A DNA stretch of 64,000 nucleotides from positions 1-64,000 of the IMG/VR virus record IMGVR_UViG_3300032291_003679; one strand, given 5' to 3'. The translations under genes and the position numbers were made by a program. Shown here in pieces: positions 48,063 through 57,811 of the stretch. Origin of the DNA: a virus. Below the pieces are notes generated by a model that had not been told where the DNA came from, searched no databases, and saw only the letters and a program-made list of their open reading frames with translations. Positions within the stretch are counted from its first letter, which is position 1. The number at the start of each line of letters is the position of its first letter.

Positions 48063-49277
48063 GTGAAACCACACCGACTGATTGCCACTGCATTGTCCTT
48101 TTTAGTCTTAAGCCCTGCTGTGCAGGCTCAGGCTACCCCTGATGGGGAGACAGTAAAGGAGGTAGTTAGTCGGTCGGCGTTTACAGTGCAGACAGCAGGT
48201 TCACCTGTTGCTCACTCAGCTCTTGGCCTTCGACAATCGTCCGTACCGCGCGCTCATGCTTATGCCACTGAAGAATTTTGGGACAAGCTAGCGCAGTGTG
48301 AAACGGCCAACAATTGGCAGGACAAGGGCACCTGGGCAGGTGGTCTTGGTATTTACACCAAGAGCAAATTCCCGAAGGCCGCAATGGGGACGTGGGAGCG
48401 TTATGGTGGCGAGCAGTTCGCTTCCTCTCCAGATAAAGCGACTCGCGAAGAGCAGATAATTGTGGCTAACCGTATTTCGGTTGAGGGCTACAAGCAGATG
48501 GTTCATCGCGACCCAGATTGGGCTCGTCGACAGGGTGTTCCAGCTACGTATTTGTGGGACCAGAAACCAGTGGGGCTTGGTGGCTGGGGATGCTATAAGT
48601 CCAAGTCCACGGGTAAGTACAGAATGTCTAAGCCAAAGATGTACTACTACGAAAACTACAAAGATGTTGTTTTGTTCTCGTTTAAATTTAACGAAAGAAG
48701 CAAGGCTGTTCATGACTTGCAGATGTTCCTTGGAATAAAAGTAGATAACCACTACGGTAAGAAAACCAAGACTGCTCACATTAAGTACTTGAAGAAAAAG
48801 AAACTTCCTCTTGATGGCATTCCCGGAATGGCACCGAAAATTGAAAGCACGGGAACGGTCAGTGCTCAAAGTGTTGGGTCTGGCGATTCAACCGAGAAGA
48901 GTTGCCCTAAGTGGGAAAAACTTCTGAAGAAGTACAAACTTCCAGTTAAAGAATTCTCTTACATTATGTGGAGAGAAAGCAGATGCCAGACGATGGCTAT
49001 TGGATGGAACTATAAAAAAGGTTATGGACCTTCTAATTGTCGACTTGACGTGGCAAAGGTCTACAAGAACTGTCATGCTGTGCGTTCTTACGACATTGGC
49101 TTGTTGCAAGTCAACTCAAGTTGGAAGACCGTTACCGCGAAGGTGTGTAATCGACCTATCCGTCAGATAATAAAATCTCTAACGAATCCTGAGTGCAATG
49201 TAAAGGTCGCCCGCTATCTCTACGACAACGGCGGCATGCATCACTGGAAGGCAACGTCAGGCCGAGGTTCAAGATAG
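48063..49277 (+). CDS. secreted muralytic protein: Rpf-like domain, PG-binding-like segment and SLT transglycosylase
   Basis: Signal peptide; WDKLAQCE..W; ATREEQI.VA; LQ..LGI.VD..YG; RESRC..GLLQVN..N..A..LY..W. Confidence 0.8.
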   Translation: MKPHRLIATALSFLVLSPAVQAQATPDGETVKEVVSRSAFTVQTAGSPVAHSALGLRQSSVPRAHAYATEEFWDKLAQCETANNWQDKGTWAGGLGIYTKSKFPKAAMGTWERYGGEQFASSPDKATREEQIIVANRISVEGYKQMVHRDPDWARRQGVPATYLWDQKPVGLGGWGCYKSKSTGKYRMSKPKMYYYENYKDVVLFSFKFNERSKAVHDLQMFLGIKVDNHYGKKTKTAHIKYLKKKKLPLDGIPGMAPKIESTGTVSAQSVGSGDSTEKSCPKWEKLLKKYKLPVKEFSYIMWRESRCQTMAIGWNYKKGYGPSNCRLDVAKVYKNCHAVRSYDIGLLQVNSSWKTVTAKVCNRPIRQIIKSLTNPECNVKVARYLYDNGGMHHWKATSGRGSR

Positions 49278-50114
49278 CAGTTTGGCTATAAGTCTTTCCA
49301 TCGGCACTAGATGATTGTCTAGCAGTGTCATTCCCTCGTCTTCCATTCTCTTGTTAGCGAGAACGGAGTTGAGTGGGCGTAGTGCTGGTCTCTGCGTGCG
49401 GATGGTTACATTTTTTATAGGTTTTACTGGTATGTCGATGCCGGCGAAATCTATAACATTCTTGGCGAATTCGTACCAAGATGTAGAGCCTTGATTTGTG
49501 ACGTGCCAAATACCTGATGCGCTATTTGTTGCGAGCTCAAGTATTCGAAGAGATGCATCATCTGCGAACGTTGGGTTACTGAACTGGTCATCAACAAATG
49601 AAAGCTCGGATGATTCTTTTGCAATTTTTAAAATTGTTTTAAGAATGTTCTTGCCGTTTTTTCCGCAAACAGAAGAAACGCGAATTACTGCGTCAGTTGG
49701 ACGCATGCATGTTTCTCCTTGAAGTTTGGTAAGTCCATAAGCAGAGATTGGAGAAGGAGAGTCATACTCTTCGTATGGAGAATCTTTTTTTCCATCAAAA
49801 ACGTAATCAGTAGAAATATAGGTGACGTGTGCCCCTACTTCTGATGCAGCCCGAACGATGTGTATTGCTCCGTCAGCGTTTACTCGCTCTGCCTTTATTT
49901 GATTGCGCTCGCAACCATCTACATCTGTCCATGCTGCACAGTGAATAATGTGCGTTGGTTCGTGTGTATGGATAGCTTCCGTAACTGCCGATTGGTTTGA
50001 CACATCAAGGCTTTTGTGGTCCATGGCAACAATTTCGTAGGCATGCTCATCGGCTCTTTCTACAATCTCTGAACCAAGTTGGCCGGTTGCGCCGGTAACA
50101 AGAATCTTAGGCAT
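49269..50114 (-). CDS. rmlD: dTDP-4-dehydrorhamnose reductase
   Basis: GATGQLG, STDYVFDG, YGLTK. Confidence 0.93.
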   Translation of the reverse strand: MPKILVTGATGQLGSEIVERADEHAYEIVAMDHKSLDVSNQSAVTEAIHTHEPTHIIHCAAWTDVDGCERNQIKAERVNADGAIHIVRAASEVGAHVTYISTDYVFDGKKDSPYEEYDSPSPISAYGLTKLQGETCMRPTDAVIRVSSVCGKNGKNILKTILKIAKESSELSFVDDQFSNPTFADDASLRILELATNSASGIWHVTNQGSTSWYEFAKNVIDFAGIDIPVKPIKNVTIRTQRPALRPLNSVLANKRMEDEGMTLLDNHLVPMERLIAKLLS

Positions 50115-51072
50115 TTTTAAGCGGTTCCCACCACCAACGGTTTGACCTGTACCAAGAAATTACGTACCAAAGTTCATCTACGAGAATGTGCTTTTTTACC
50201 CAGCCAAGCTTCTGAACTTTATCCGTATTAACAGAATAGCGACGGTCATGTCCTTTTCTGTCTGCAACATATTCAATAGAGTCTTCTGGAAGCATGTCCA
50301 TGTATTCGAGAATCATGTTAACTATGTCAATATTTGGAGTTTCGTTACCGGCACCAATATTGTAAATCTCTCCATCAGCTCCGCTTGTTAGAACTTTATA
50401 AACCGCAGAGCAATGGTCCTCGACGTGAATCCAGTCTCTCTCATTCAGGCCGTCTCCATAGAGAGGTATTTTCTTCCCTTGAAACAAGTTTGTTATAAAG
50501 AGCGGAATTGCTTTTTCTGGAAACTGAAATGGGCCAAAGTTGTTTGTGCAGCGCGTTACAGAAACTGGAAGTCCGTGGGTGTGGAAGTGTGAAAGCGCGA
50601 GAAGGTCTGAACCAGCCTTAGAAGCAGAATATGGCGACCTAGGCTCCAATGGGTCGGTCTCCAGAGAGGAGCCAACTTCTACAGAGCCGTACACTTCATC
50701 TGTTCCTATGTGTACTATGCGCTCAGCTTCAATAAAGCGAGCAACATCCATCACGGTGTCCGTCCCTAGGCAGTTTGTGCGAACGAATGTGTCCGATAAT
50801 GAAATTGAGCGGTCGACATGGCTTTCTGCAGCAAAGTGAACTACGTAATCAGAACCTTTCATTGACTCAACAAGCTTGTCTTTATCGCAGATATCTCCGT
50901 GAACAAAGGAAACACGCTGAGAATCTATAAAATCTTGCATTGTTGACATGCGTCCGGCGTACGTGAGAGCGTCGTAGACAACCACATTGTCGTCTGTGTT
51001 TTGCAAAACATAACGAACGTAGTTTGAGCCAATAAATCCAGCTCCACCAGTGACAAATTGTTTTTTTATCAT
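50107..51072 (-). CDS. rmlB: dTDP-glucose 4,6-dehydratase
   Basis: GGAGFIG, AAESHVDRS, TDEVYG, YSASK. Confidence 0.95.
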   Translation of the reverse strand: MIKKQFVTGGAGFIGSNYVRYVLQNTDDNVVVYDALTYAGRMSTMQDFIDSQRVSFVHGDICDKDKLVESMKGSDYVVHFAAESHVDRSISLSDTFVRTNCLGTDTVMDVARFIEAERIVHIGTDEVYGSVEVGSSLETDPLEPRSPYSASKAGSDLLALSHFHTHGLPVSVTRCTNNFGPFQFPEKAIPLFITNLFQGKKIPLYGDGLNERDWIHVEDHCSAVYKVLTSGADGEIYNIGAGNETPNIDIVNMILEYMDMLPEDSIEYVADRKGHDRRYSVNTDKVQKLGWVKKHILVDELWYVISWYRSNRWWWEPLKNA

Positions 51073-51638
51073 GTTCTAGAACCGTACTGCGGCTTCAGGT
51101 GTGGCGGTATGTCTTTTATCAGCGGATTCTGCATATCTCGTGCTGATAGGTTTGGCTTGCGATACATCCAGTCGGCTTTTATCTCTGGGTCGGACCACAA
51201 GATTCCAAGCTCATCATTCGAGTTGTAGTAATTATCCACCATGTATGTAATCGTCATGTCTGTTAGGGCAACAAAGCCGTGAGCGACTCCAGGGGGTATA
51301 AATACGCCCAGATGAATAAATTCTGGCTCCGTGATTACCGCACCGACATCAATTGTGAGTGTGTTTCCGTATGTTGGTGAACCCTTACGAATGTCGTGAA
51401 GAACTATTCGGCATGCTCCGAATGGGATATACCAGTAGTCGGCCTGATGAAGATGGTAGTGAAGACCAACTACCGAGCCAGCGATGCGGTCAGCCCTGTT
51501 CCCTTGAACCATCTCTCGCCCGAGAGGCAGCCACTGTCTACGATATGTCTCAAGAAACATTCCACGGTTGTCTTTGTGTGCATCTAAATGAACAAGAACT
51601 ACGTCTTTAATTTCTTCAGACTCGGTAATTAATGGCAT
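51069..51638 (-). CDS. rmlC: dTDP-4-dehydrorhamnose 3,5-epimerase
   Basis: DNRG.F.E, GLHYH, IPPGVAHGF, LSARD. Confidence 0.92.
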   Translation of the reverse strand: MPLITESEEIKDVVLVHLDAHKDNRGMFLETYRRQWLPLGREMVQGNRADRIAGSVVGLHYHLHQADYWYIPFGACRIVLHDIRKGSPTYGNTLTIDVGAVITEPEFIHLGVFIPPGVAHGFVALTDMTITYMVDNYYNSNDELGILWSDPEIKADWMYRKPNLSARDMQNPLIKDIPPHLKPQYGSRT

Positions 51639-52711
51639 TACTCAACCTCAACTATGCTTTGGTCACTTATCATCAGTTTTAAGGCTGACGGTTTTTCTTC
51701 TGAACGATGCACGACAGCGCCTTTTCCAATTAGTGAATCACTAATGCGGCTAATATCGCGAATCACATTATTTCCTAGGAGAACAGAATTCTGTATCTCA
51801 GAGTTTTCGATGACACATCCATGTCCAACGGATGTATAGGGGCCGATATACGCATCACGAATTACGCATCCATCAGCAATACTTGCTGGACCAACGATTC
51901 GCGAGTTGTATATAAGGGAGTCTCCTATGACGACTCTTCCGTCAGCCGTAAACGAGTTATTGTCGTTTTCGTATATTTTTCGCTCGATAGTGTTAAGAAC
52001 CAAACGGTTGCACTCTAATAGAGGGTCTTTTTTTCCTGTGTCAATCCACCAGCCATGAAGCTTATGACACGTAACAGTTTCTCCTGAATCAAGAAGGTGC
52101 TGGATGGCGTCCGTTATTTCCAACTCCCCTCTATGTGATGCCTTAATAGAATTAACCGCTTCATGTATGGCCGAAGTAAAGAAGTAAACACCAACCATTG
52201 CGAGGTTTGATTTTGGTTCTTTTGGTTTTTCCTCAAGACGAACTAGACGTCCCTTTTCGTCTATTTCTGCGACTCCAAAATGCTCTGGGTTATCGACGGG
52301 GGTGACAAGTATTGAAGCTGCAGGTTTATCTACTGAGTAATGAATTGGCTCATAGAAATCACGAATGCTTTTTTGGAGCATATTGTCTCCAAGGTACATT
52401 ATGAAGTCGTCGTCGCCCAAAAAAAGACGAGATACTGCTACGCAGTGAGCAAGGCCGAGTGGTTGAGTTTGCTCGATGTATGTAACTTTTGCACCAAACT
52501 TAGAACCATCTCCAACGGCGCTTCTAATCTCTTCGCCTGTTTGTCCGATTACAATGCCAATCTCTGTTATCCCAGCATCTACCATTGACTCTATTCCGTA
52601 AAAGAGAATTGGCTTGTTCGCAATTGGAACTAACTGTTTTGCTCCAGTGTAGGTAATAGGCCTGAGCCGAGTTCCGTTTCCACCGGAGAGAATAAGTCCT
52701 TTTAGGCTCAT
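51638..52711 (-). CDS. rmlA: glucose-1-phosphate thymidylyltransferase (long form)
   Basis: GG.GTRLRP.T, KQL.P, EKP, RGELEITD, W.DTG; C-terminal hexapeptide region. Confidence 0.95.
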   Translation of the reverse strand: MSLKGLILSGGNGTRLRPITYTGAKQLVPIANKPILFYGIESMVDAGITEIGIVIGQTGEEIRSAVGDGSKFGAKVTYIEQTQPLGLAHCVAVSRLFLGDDDFIMYLGDNMLQKSIRDFYEPIHYSVDKPAASILVTPVDNPEHFGVAEIDEKGRLVRLEEKPKEPKSNLAMVGVYFFTSAIHEAVNSIKASHRGELEITDAIQHLLDSGETVTCHKLHGWWIDTGKKDPLLECNRLVLNTIERKIYENDNNSFTADGRVVIGDSLIYNSRIVGPASIADGCVIRDAYIGPYTSVGHGCVIENSEIQNSVLLGNNVIRDISRISDSLIGKGAVVHRSEEKPSALKLMISDQSIVEVE

Positions 52712-53415
52712 GGTGCTACCTTTCCATTATCAATCCATGCTTGGTAAGTTACAGGCATCACGTCTTTGAATAATTGCTCGACAGCATCAGCGTATTCACG
52801 AATCTCAAGCTGAGCATTTTTATCAGTGCGCAGTGATAGGAAGTTCATTAATGAACGCGCATTGACTGTCCAGTAAAACTGAGTGAACATGGAAACTGGC
52901 AGCACCATTCGCGCTACTTCTTTAGCAATCCCAGCCTCAACCATCTCTTTATAAATTTTGTAAGAAGCAATGTTATTTGAATTGATTGCCGTCATCGCCA
53001 TACTAACCCGTGGGTCAGATGTGTCTAGCTGCTCAAAATCATAAGCACCAGGTTTTCCTGTCTGCGTGCGTATGTGTTCTGGAAGAGGAACATGAAACTC
53101 GTTTGGGACTTCAGAATATCTAGCAGAGAACTCGTTGAACGACCCCACTCTGTGGCGAAACCATTCGCGAGCAACAAACATCGGGCACTTAACGTGAAAC
53201 CTAAAAGAGTTGTGCTCAAAAGGTGTTCCATGCCGTTCTCTCATCAGAAATCCGATTAGCCCCTTGTCTTTGCCGGACAAATCACTATGCAATTCTGAAG
53301 AGTGCTGAGCAAAAGAAACTCTTGCTGAGTTAACGACAGACATGTCGTCGGCCATATAACCGTCAAGCCTTACGAATCCACCGCTGCCAGGCATTACTTC
53401 AATGAGGTTCCCCAC
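52708..53415 (-). CDS. thyX: FAD-dependent thymidylate synthase
   Basis: HGTPFEH; RHRVGSFNEFSARY; NARSLMNFLSLR..AQLEIR. Confidence 0.95.
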   Translation of the reverse strand: MGNLIEVMPGSGGFVRLDGYMADDMSVVNSARVSFAQHSSELHSDLSGKDKGLIGFLMRERHGTPFEHNSFRFHVKCPMFVAREWFRHRVGSFNEFSARYSEVPNEFHVPLPEHIRTQTGKPGAYDFEQLDTSDPRVSMAMTAINSNNIASYKIYKEMVEAGIAKEVARMVLPVSMFTQFYWTVNARSLMNFLSLRTDKNAQLEIREYADAVEQLFKDVMPVTYQAWIDNGKVAP

Positions 53416-53461
53416 ACTCGCTCCTATTTGTATCTTTTTGCCAATCCTAAAACTAGCAGGG

Positions 53462-53537
<76 letters not shown>

Positions 53538-53943
53538 TCATGGAGGGTTCGGCTTCTTTCGCAACGCTTCCCGCTGGCTTCAAAACAACGCTCAAACAAG
53601 GTGTTGGCTAAAACTCCAACTTTCGGTACACGACCTTAATATGCCTCTAACGTTAATCTCCACCTTGAGTACTAACATTCTTACTTGCCTCATTTAACTA
53701 ACAGCTGTACATGCTGCAAGCCCTCTGGCGAAATTTACTTATATTGATGTTTCTTCATTGCTTGCTGCGTTTATTGCGTTCAAGTGTCTTGTCGGCAAGT
53801 AGTTTAACGCCGTAACAATTAGTTGCACAAAACGCCTATCAACGGTTCCTATCTCTTCCCAGCCATCCACCTCTTGGGTTGAGCAGAGAAGCGTACACTC
53901 CGAAGGATTATCGGCTTTGATGGAATAAGCGTAAGTGGGTTTA

Positions 53944-54165
53944 TCAGTCAACTTGGTCTTCCCCCATCAAGCGAAGAAGCTCCTCCTGGGTCATGGTTTT
54001 ACTTTTTTCGGTCGCCGCCCACAGCCATTGCCCGTCCGGGTTTACGCCGATTACTTCAATTAGGCCAGCTTTGCGGAGGAATTCCATGTCGTCGTGGAGG
54101 TCCTCGGGTGTGTATTCATCTTCCATGCCAGAAGAGTAGCCGCTGGTTACATCTCTGTCAAGCAT
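53944..54165 (-). CDS. small acidic protein (paralog of 6288-6527)
   Basis: LRKAGLIEVIGVNPDGQWLW. Confidence 0.6.
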   Translation of the reverse strand: MLDRDVTSGYSSGMEDEYTPEDLHDDMEFLRKAGLIEVIGVNPDGQWLWAATEKSKTMTQEELLRLMGEDQVD

Positions 54166-54389
54166 TTAAACATTTTCTAACAAAAGTTTTTCGATAAGAA
54201 CAACGGCATCACTCGCATTTGGGTGGTCTTTGTGTTTCGTGAGGAAGTCTCGTTTTTTACGCCGAAGCATTCGGGTCTGCATCGCTGGATGCACGGGTAC
54301 GACTGTTTCTATTGTTGAAAGTATTGCATTTAACTGAATCAAGAGTGTGCGCTGCTCTATTGATGTCATTGTTTTCTTTCTTTATTTAG

Positions 54390-54468
54390 TGGGCTTGGAG
54401 GGACTCGAACCCTCACTCCGAAGAACTGGTACCTAAAACCAGCGCGTCTGCCATTCCGCCACAAACCC
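54390..54468 (-). tRNA. tRNA-Leu(UAG)
   Basis: GGCGGAATGGCAGACGCG D-arm; loop TTTAGGT; variable arm; CCA not encoded. Confidence 0.88.
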
Positions 54469-54672
54469 GGGTTTTGAGCCCATCTAGCGCTTGGATGCTT
54501 CTTCTATCGCCATACAGTAGGAGCACCGAACACCGTACTCGCAGTTATCGTCATGATACGGCAGCGTGAGGCGATAAGCAATGTCGCGCCACTTATTCAG
54601 CTCTTGTTGCATTTTTGCTATGCGCTCGGTGAGTACTTCGTGCGTTTCCATGGTACGCAAGATAATACACTA

Positions 54673-54749
<77 letters not shown>

Positions 54750-54958
54750 GTGAATGTTTTATTTCTTGACCTTAAGAACACACCCTTGATGAGTATGTAC
54801 GGATTTCCCTTTTTCATCAACATGGTGGTTCATGTATTCTTCAGGTCCAAGATTTTTACAGACAGCACACTTTTTTGAATCAGTAGAGAATCCGATAAGC
54901 ATAAGAATGCCAGCAGCTCCCATAATAAAAGACGAGACTATGGCGAGATTATCAATCA

Positions 54959-55123
54959 TTACTTTGAACCCTTTTTCTCTGAGTTTTCTAAATAGTCCCC
55001 GATTGCTTTTCTTATTACAGAAGCAACAGAGAGTTTGTTTCTTTCAGCAGCAGCTAGAAGCTTATCGTGCAGTTCTCTTGAAATATGCATAACAAGTTTT
55101 TCAAAGTCTTTATCTTTTGACAT
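54959..55123 (-). CDS. ribbon-helix-helix protein (54 aa)
   Basis: Hand translation ..LVMHISRELHDKLLAAAERNKLSVASVIRKAIGDYL; AAGGAG RBS. Confidence 0.7.
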   Translation of the reverse strand: MSKDKDFEKLVMHISRELHDKLLAAAERNKLSVASVIRKAIGDYLENSEKKGSK

Positions 55124-55135
55124 TTTTCTCCTTAG

Positions 55136-55210
55136 TGCTGGAGGCGGGATTTGAACCCGCGTGCACCCCTACGGTTTCCACACTTTATAAGAGTGAGCCG
55201 ATACTCCAGC
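55136..55210 (-). tRNA. atypical D-armless tRNA-like gene, anticodon UAU (Ile)
   Basis: Perfect acceptor GCTGGAG/CTCCAGC; T-arm GCGGG-TTCAAAT-CCCGC; anticodon arm CACT-CTTATAA-AGTG; no D stem. Confidence 0.6.
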
Positions 55211-55229
55211 CATCGCGTATTAGATATGC

Positions 55230-55559
55230 CTAATCGGCGATGGCTATTCGTATGTTCTCAATAATTCGACTCTTGTTGAAACCGCCCGCCAAGGCTACGC
55301 GGCCAATTGGCGAGCCGTCCTTCAAAGCAACTAAAGCAGGTATTGATTTGATGTCGTATCGGATTCCGAATTCAGGAAACTCCTCGATATTGAGTTTGGC
55401 AAATTTTACTTCACTCTCCATCTCGGTTGACAGCTCATCAATGAGCGGCGCAATAATTTTGCATGGCCCGCACCACGGAGCCCAGAAATCTACAATTACA
55501 GGAATGTCGGAGCTGTTGACAAACTCGTCGTATGTATCTGCTGTTAGTTCTACTGTCAT
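55230..55559 (-). CDS. trxA: thioredoxin
   Basis: DFWAPWCGPC; SIP. Confidence 0.93.
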   Translation of the reverse strand: MTVELTADTYDEFVNSSDIPVIVDFWAPWCGPCKIIAPLIDELSTEMESEVKFAKLNIEEFPEFGIRYDIKSIPALVALKDGSPIGRVALAGGFNKSRIIENIRIAIAD

Positions 55560-55595
55560 GGTGAAATACTACCTTCCTTTGAGATGAATGCTACA

Positions 55596-56045
55596 TTAAT
55601 CATAAAGTTCGTTGATGAGCAAATCCTTGACATCGTCAGCCATAAGCAAAAAACCTCTGGCTGGGTTGTCTGCTCCACCAAGGGATATTTTCGTTGACTC
55701 GTTAAATTTGTCTTTGTTTGCTCTTAGGTATCTCTTTAGACGGCCTACGTCAATTACCACAAAACCTTGACCTGGGGAAAAAACGTAAACCCACCATTTG
55801 GCGGTTGTTACATTGATTCCGCTCTTGTGCCAAATTGGTTCGCCGTCTTGGTTGCGTACGCCACGTGGATTTTGGTCTGTTTCCACAACCATCCGACCGT
55901 TTCTATAGCGGTCTGTTTTTACTTCGAATGCTCCGTCAGACAGGTCATCAAGGAAACTTGATATTTCCTTCTCGCTCTGTTGGCCAAACTCTAAGTCAGC
56001 TTTGAAATCGAACTTGCGTCCGGGAATATCAAATGCTGAACTCAT
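55596..56045 (-). CDS. PD-(D/E)xK nuclease-like phage protein
   Basis: FEVKTD..GRMVVE..SGINVTTAKWW. Confidence 0.6.
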   Translation of the reverse strand: MSSAFDIPGRKFDFKADLEFGQQSEKEISSFLDDLSDGAFEVKTDRYRNGRMVVETDQNPRGVRNQDGEPIWHKSGINVTTAKWWVYVFSPGQGFVVIDVGRLKRYLRANKDKFNESTKISLGGADNPARGFLLMADDVKDLLINELYD

Positions 56046-56274
56046 CAGGAACAGCCTTAGTAAGTGTGGCTTCTATCTCGCCTTTTTCGTTCGGTCCATC
56101 GTTGACCGTAAGTCCGATAATTCCAAGAATACTTTCGGCCGCATCTTCTGTTGTAAGACGATTTTCTCTGTCTTCTTCAGGGCTCACATCTTCGTTATCT
56201 AGAAACTCATAAATTGTGTTTGCTATTAAATCATTGAGTGAAAGTCTTAGTTCAGCAGAACTTCTATTTGTCAT
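56029..56274 (-). CDS. hypothetical protein
   Basis: ORF track. Confidence 0.55.
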   Translation of the reverse strand: MTNRSSAELRLSLNDLIANTIYEFLDNEDVSPEEDRENRLTTEDAAESILGIIGLTVNDGPNEKGEIEATLTKAVPDEFSI

Positions 56275-56346
56275 GGTTGACAGGCTACCACTATGGGTGT
56301 AGTCTGAACATGCCTTAGGGCGAACTTATAGAAAAGAGACAAACCA

Positions 56347-56823
56347 ATGAATTTGGCACCAGTGACAATCATCGGGAATCTGACAGCAGACCCCGAACTC
56401 ACCTTCACAACAACAGGACAGGCGAAGCTCAGCTTCTCTGTTGCAAACACCCATATCTGGTACGATGCAGCCGGTGAAAAGCAGGAGAAGACCAGCTACT
56501 TCAACGTAACAGCATGGCGTTACCTTGCAGAGAACTCAGCACGCACCCTTGAAAAGGGAATCGGAGTTGTTGTTTATGGACGCCTTGAGCAGCGCAGCTA
56601 CGAAGACAAGGAAGGCAACAAGCGTTCAATTGTTGAGCTCGTAGCAGAGGAAGTTGCAATTTCGACAAAGTCCCTTGAGACAATCGAGCGCCGTCAGCGC
56701 AGCGAAGGTGGCGAAGGTGGAGCACCTCGTGGAGGTTCAGCACAGCCACGTCGCTCACGTCCAAGCACAGCCAAGGTCCCAGCAGGCGGACTCCTTGAGG
56801 ACGCAGACTCAGAACCGTTCTGA
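56347..56823 (+). CDS. ssb: single-stranded DNA-binding protein
   Basis: GNLTADPEL, VTAWRYLAEN, GRLEQRSY; acidic PF tail. Confidence 0.95.
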   Translation: MNLAPVTIIGNLTADPELTFTTTGQAKLSFSVANTHIWYDAAGEKQEKTSYFNVTAWRYLAENSARTLEKGIGVVVYGRLEQRSYEDKEGNKRSIVELVAEEVAISTKSLETIERRQRSEGGEGGAPRGGSAQPRRSRPSTAKVPAGGLLEDADSEPF

Positions 56824-56871
56824 GCATTAATTAGCCGTTAAGAGAGCCCGAGAGGCTCAACGGACAGCAAG

Positions 56872-56907
56872 CCCGGCCCTAGGGAAACCTAGAAAGGCCG
56901 GGTTTTT
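56872..56907 (+). terminator. intrinsic terminator after ssb
   Basis: CCCGGCC..GGCCGGG stem followed by TTTTT. Confidence 0.75.
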
Positions 56908-56965
56908 GCATTTATATGGCAGTTATGGATAGAAAAACATTTCAAAAAAAAATCTGAGAAAAGTG

Positions 56966-56994
56966 TTGTCAAAGTAAAACCAGCGCCTTATGAT
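56966..56994 (+). promoter_or_regulatory. sigma-A promoter TTGTCA-N17-TATGAT
   Basis: Near-consensus hexamers with A-rich UP region. Confidence 0.6.
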
Positions 56995-57023
56995 TTCCTT
57001 ATCCCATTCACCTACTTATAAAC

Positions 57024-57284
57024 ATGGAGATACAAATGTCGGAATATAACAAGCTTCGCGAAAAAGGAATCAACCGAGGTCGGCCTCGTCATAGCCCTGA
57101 GCAAAAGGCTGAATCACAGCTTCGCAACTCGCTTCGCCAAGAGGCTCGTCGTCGCGCTCATCTTGTCCTCAAGGCTCGTCACACAGACGAGTTCAATGAG
57201 ATTTACGAGACAGAGATGAAAGACCTCATTAAGCAGGCAACAGCAGCAGAAACTGCTAAACCAAAGAAGACACGTAAGTCTTAG
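57024..57284 (+). CDS. basic hypothetical protein with GRPR AT-hook-like motif
   Basis: RGRPR; true start probably 57036. Confidence 0.65.
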   Translation: MEIQMSEYNKLREKGINRGRPRHSPEQKAESQLRNSLRQEARRRAHLVLKARHTDEFNEIYETEMKDLIKQATAAETAKPKKTRKS

Positions 57285-57811
57285 TCTTTTTCTTCTTGTT
57301 CTTCTTTGGACTCACCAGGACGAACAAATTCCTTAAGAAAACTTTTGGCCCATTCCCGGCGCTCTTCATCGTTCTGATTGAAGATGTCGTCGGGAATTGG
57401 TCTTACTCGGGGCAGTCTGCTATTCGACATCGTTTTCTACCGCTTCATCTTCTGGGAATACTTTTTCGCCCGTCTTAAAGGCCATTTTTCTACGAATATG
57501 TTCGTATGAAGCAATAAGGTCTAGCGCCCGCTCTTCACCTTGTGTGTTTCTTTTTGCATCGATTGCAGCAATATCTGCGAGGAGCTTAATGTCTCCGTCA
57601 AAACCAGGGAATGTCATCTTAAAAGTCCTTATCTCTACCCTTGCGCACGTTACGCTTAAGTGCTTTGCGGCGTGAACTACCATATTCTATCTCAAGCCAT
57701 TCGTCAAAATCCTCATACGTCCCAGGACTCGCTTGTATGTATCTTTCATACTGCGCTAAAAGCTTGAGGTAATCTTCATCATCCGCGTCAAACTGTGATG
57801 GCATAACAATT

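Noticed and set aside
52647-52656. GTGTAGGTAA core match inside rmlA
   Set aside because: Encodes the conserved ITYT of RmlA and is isolated from the block; probably chance.
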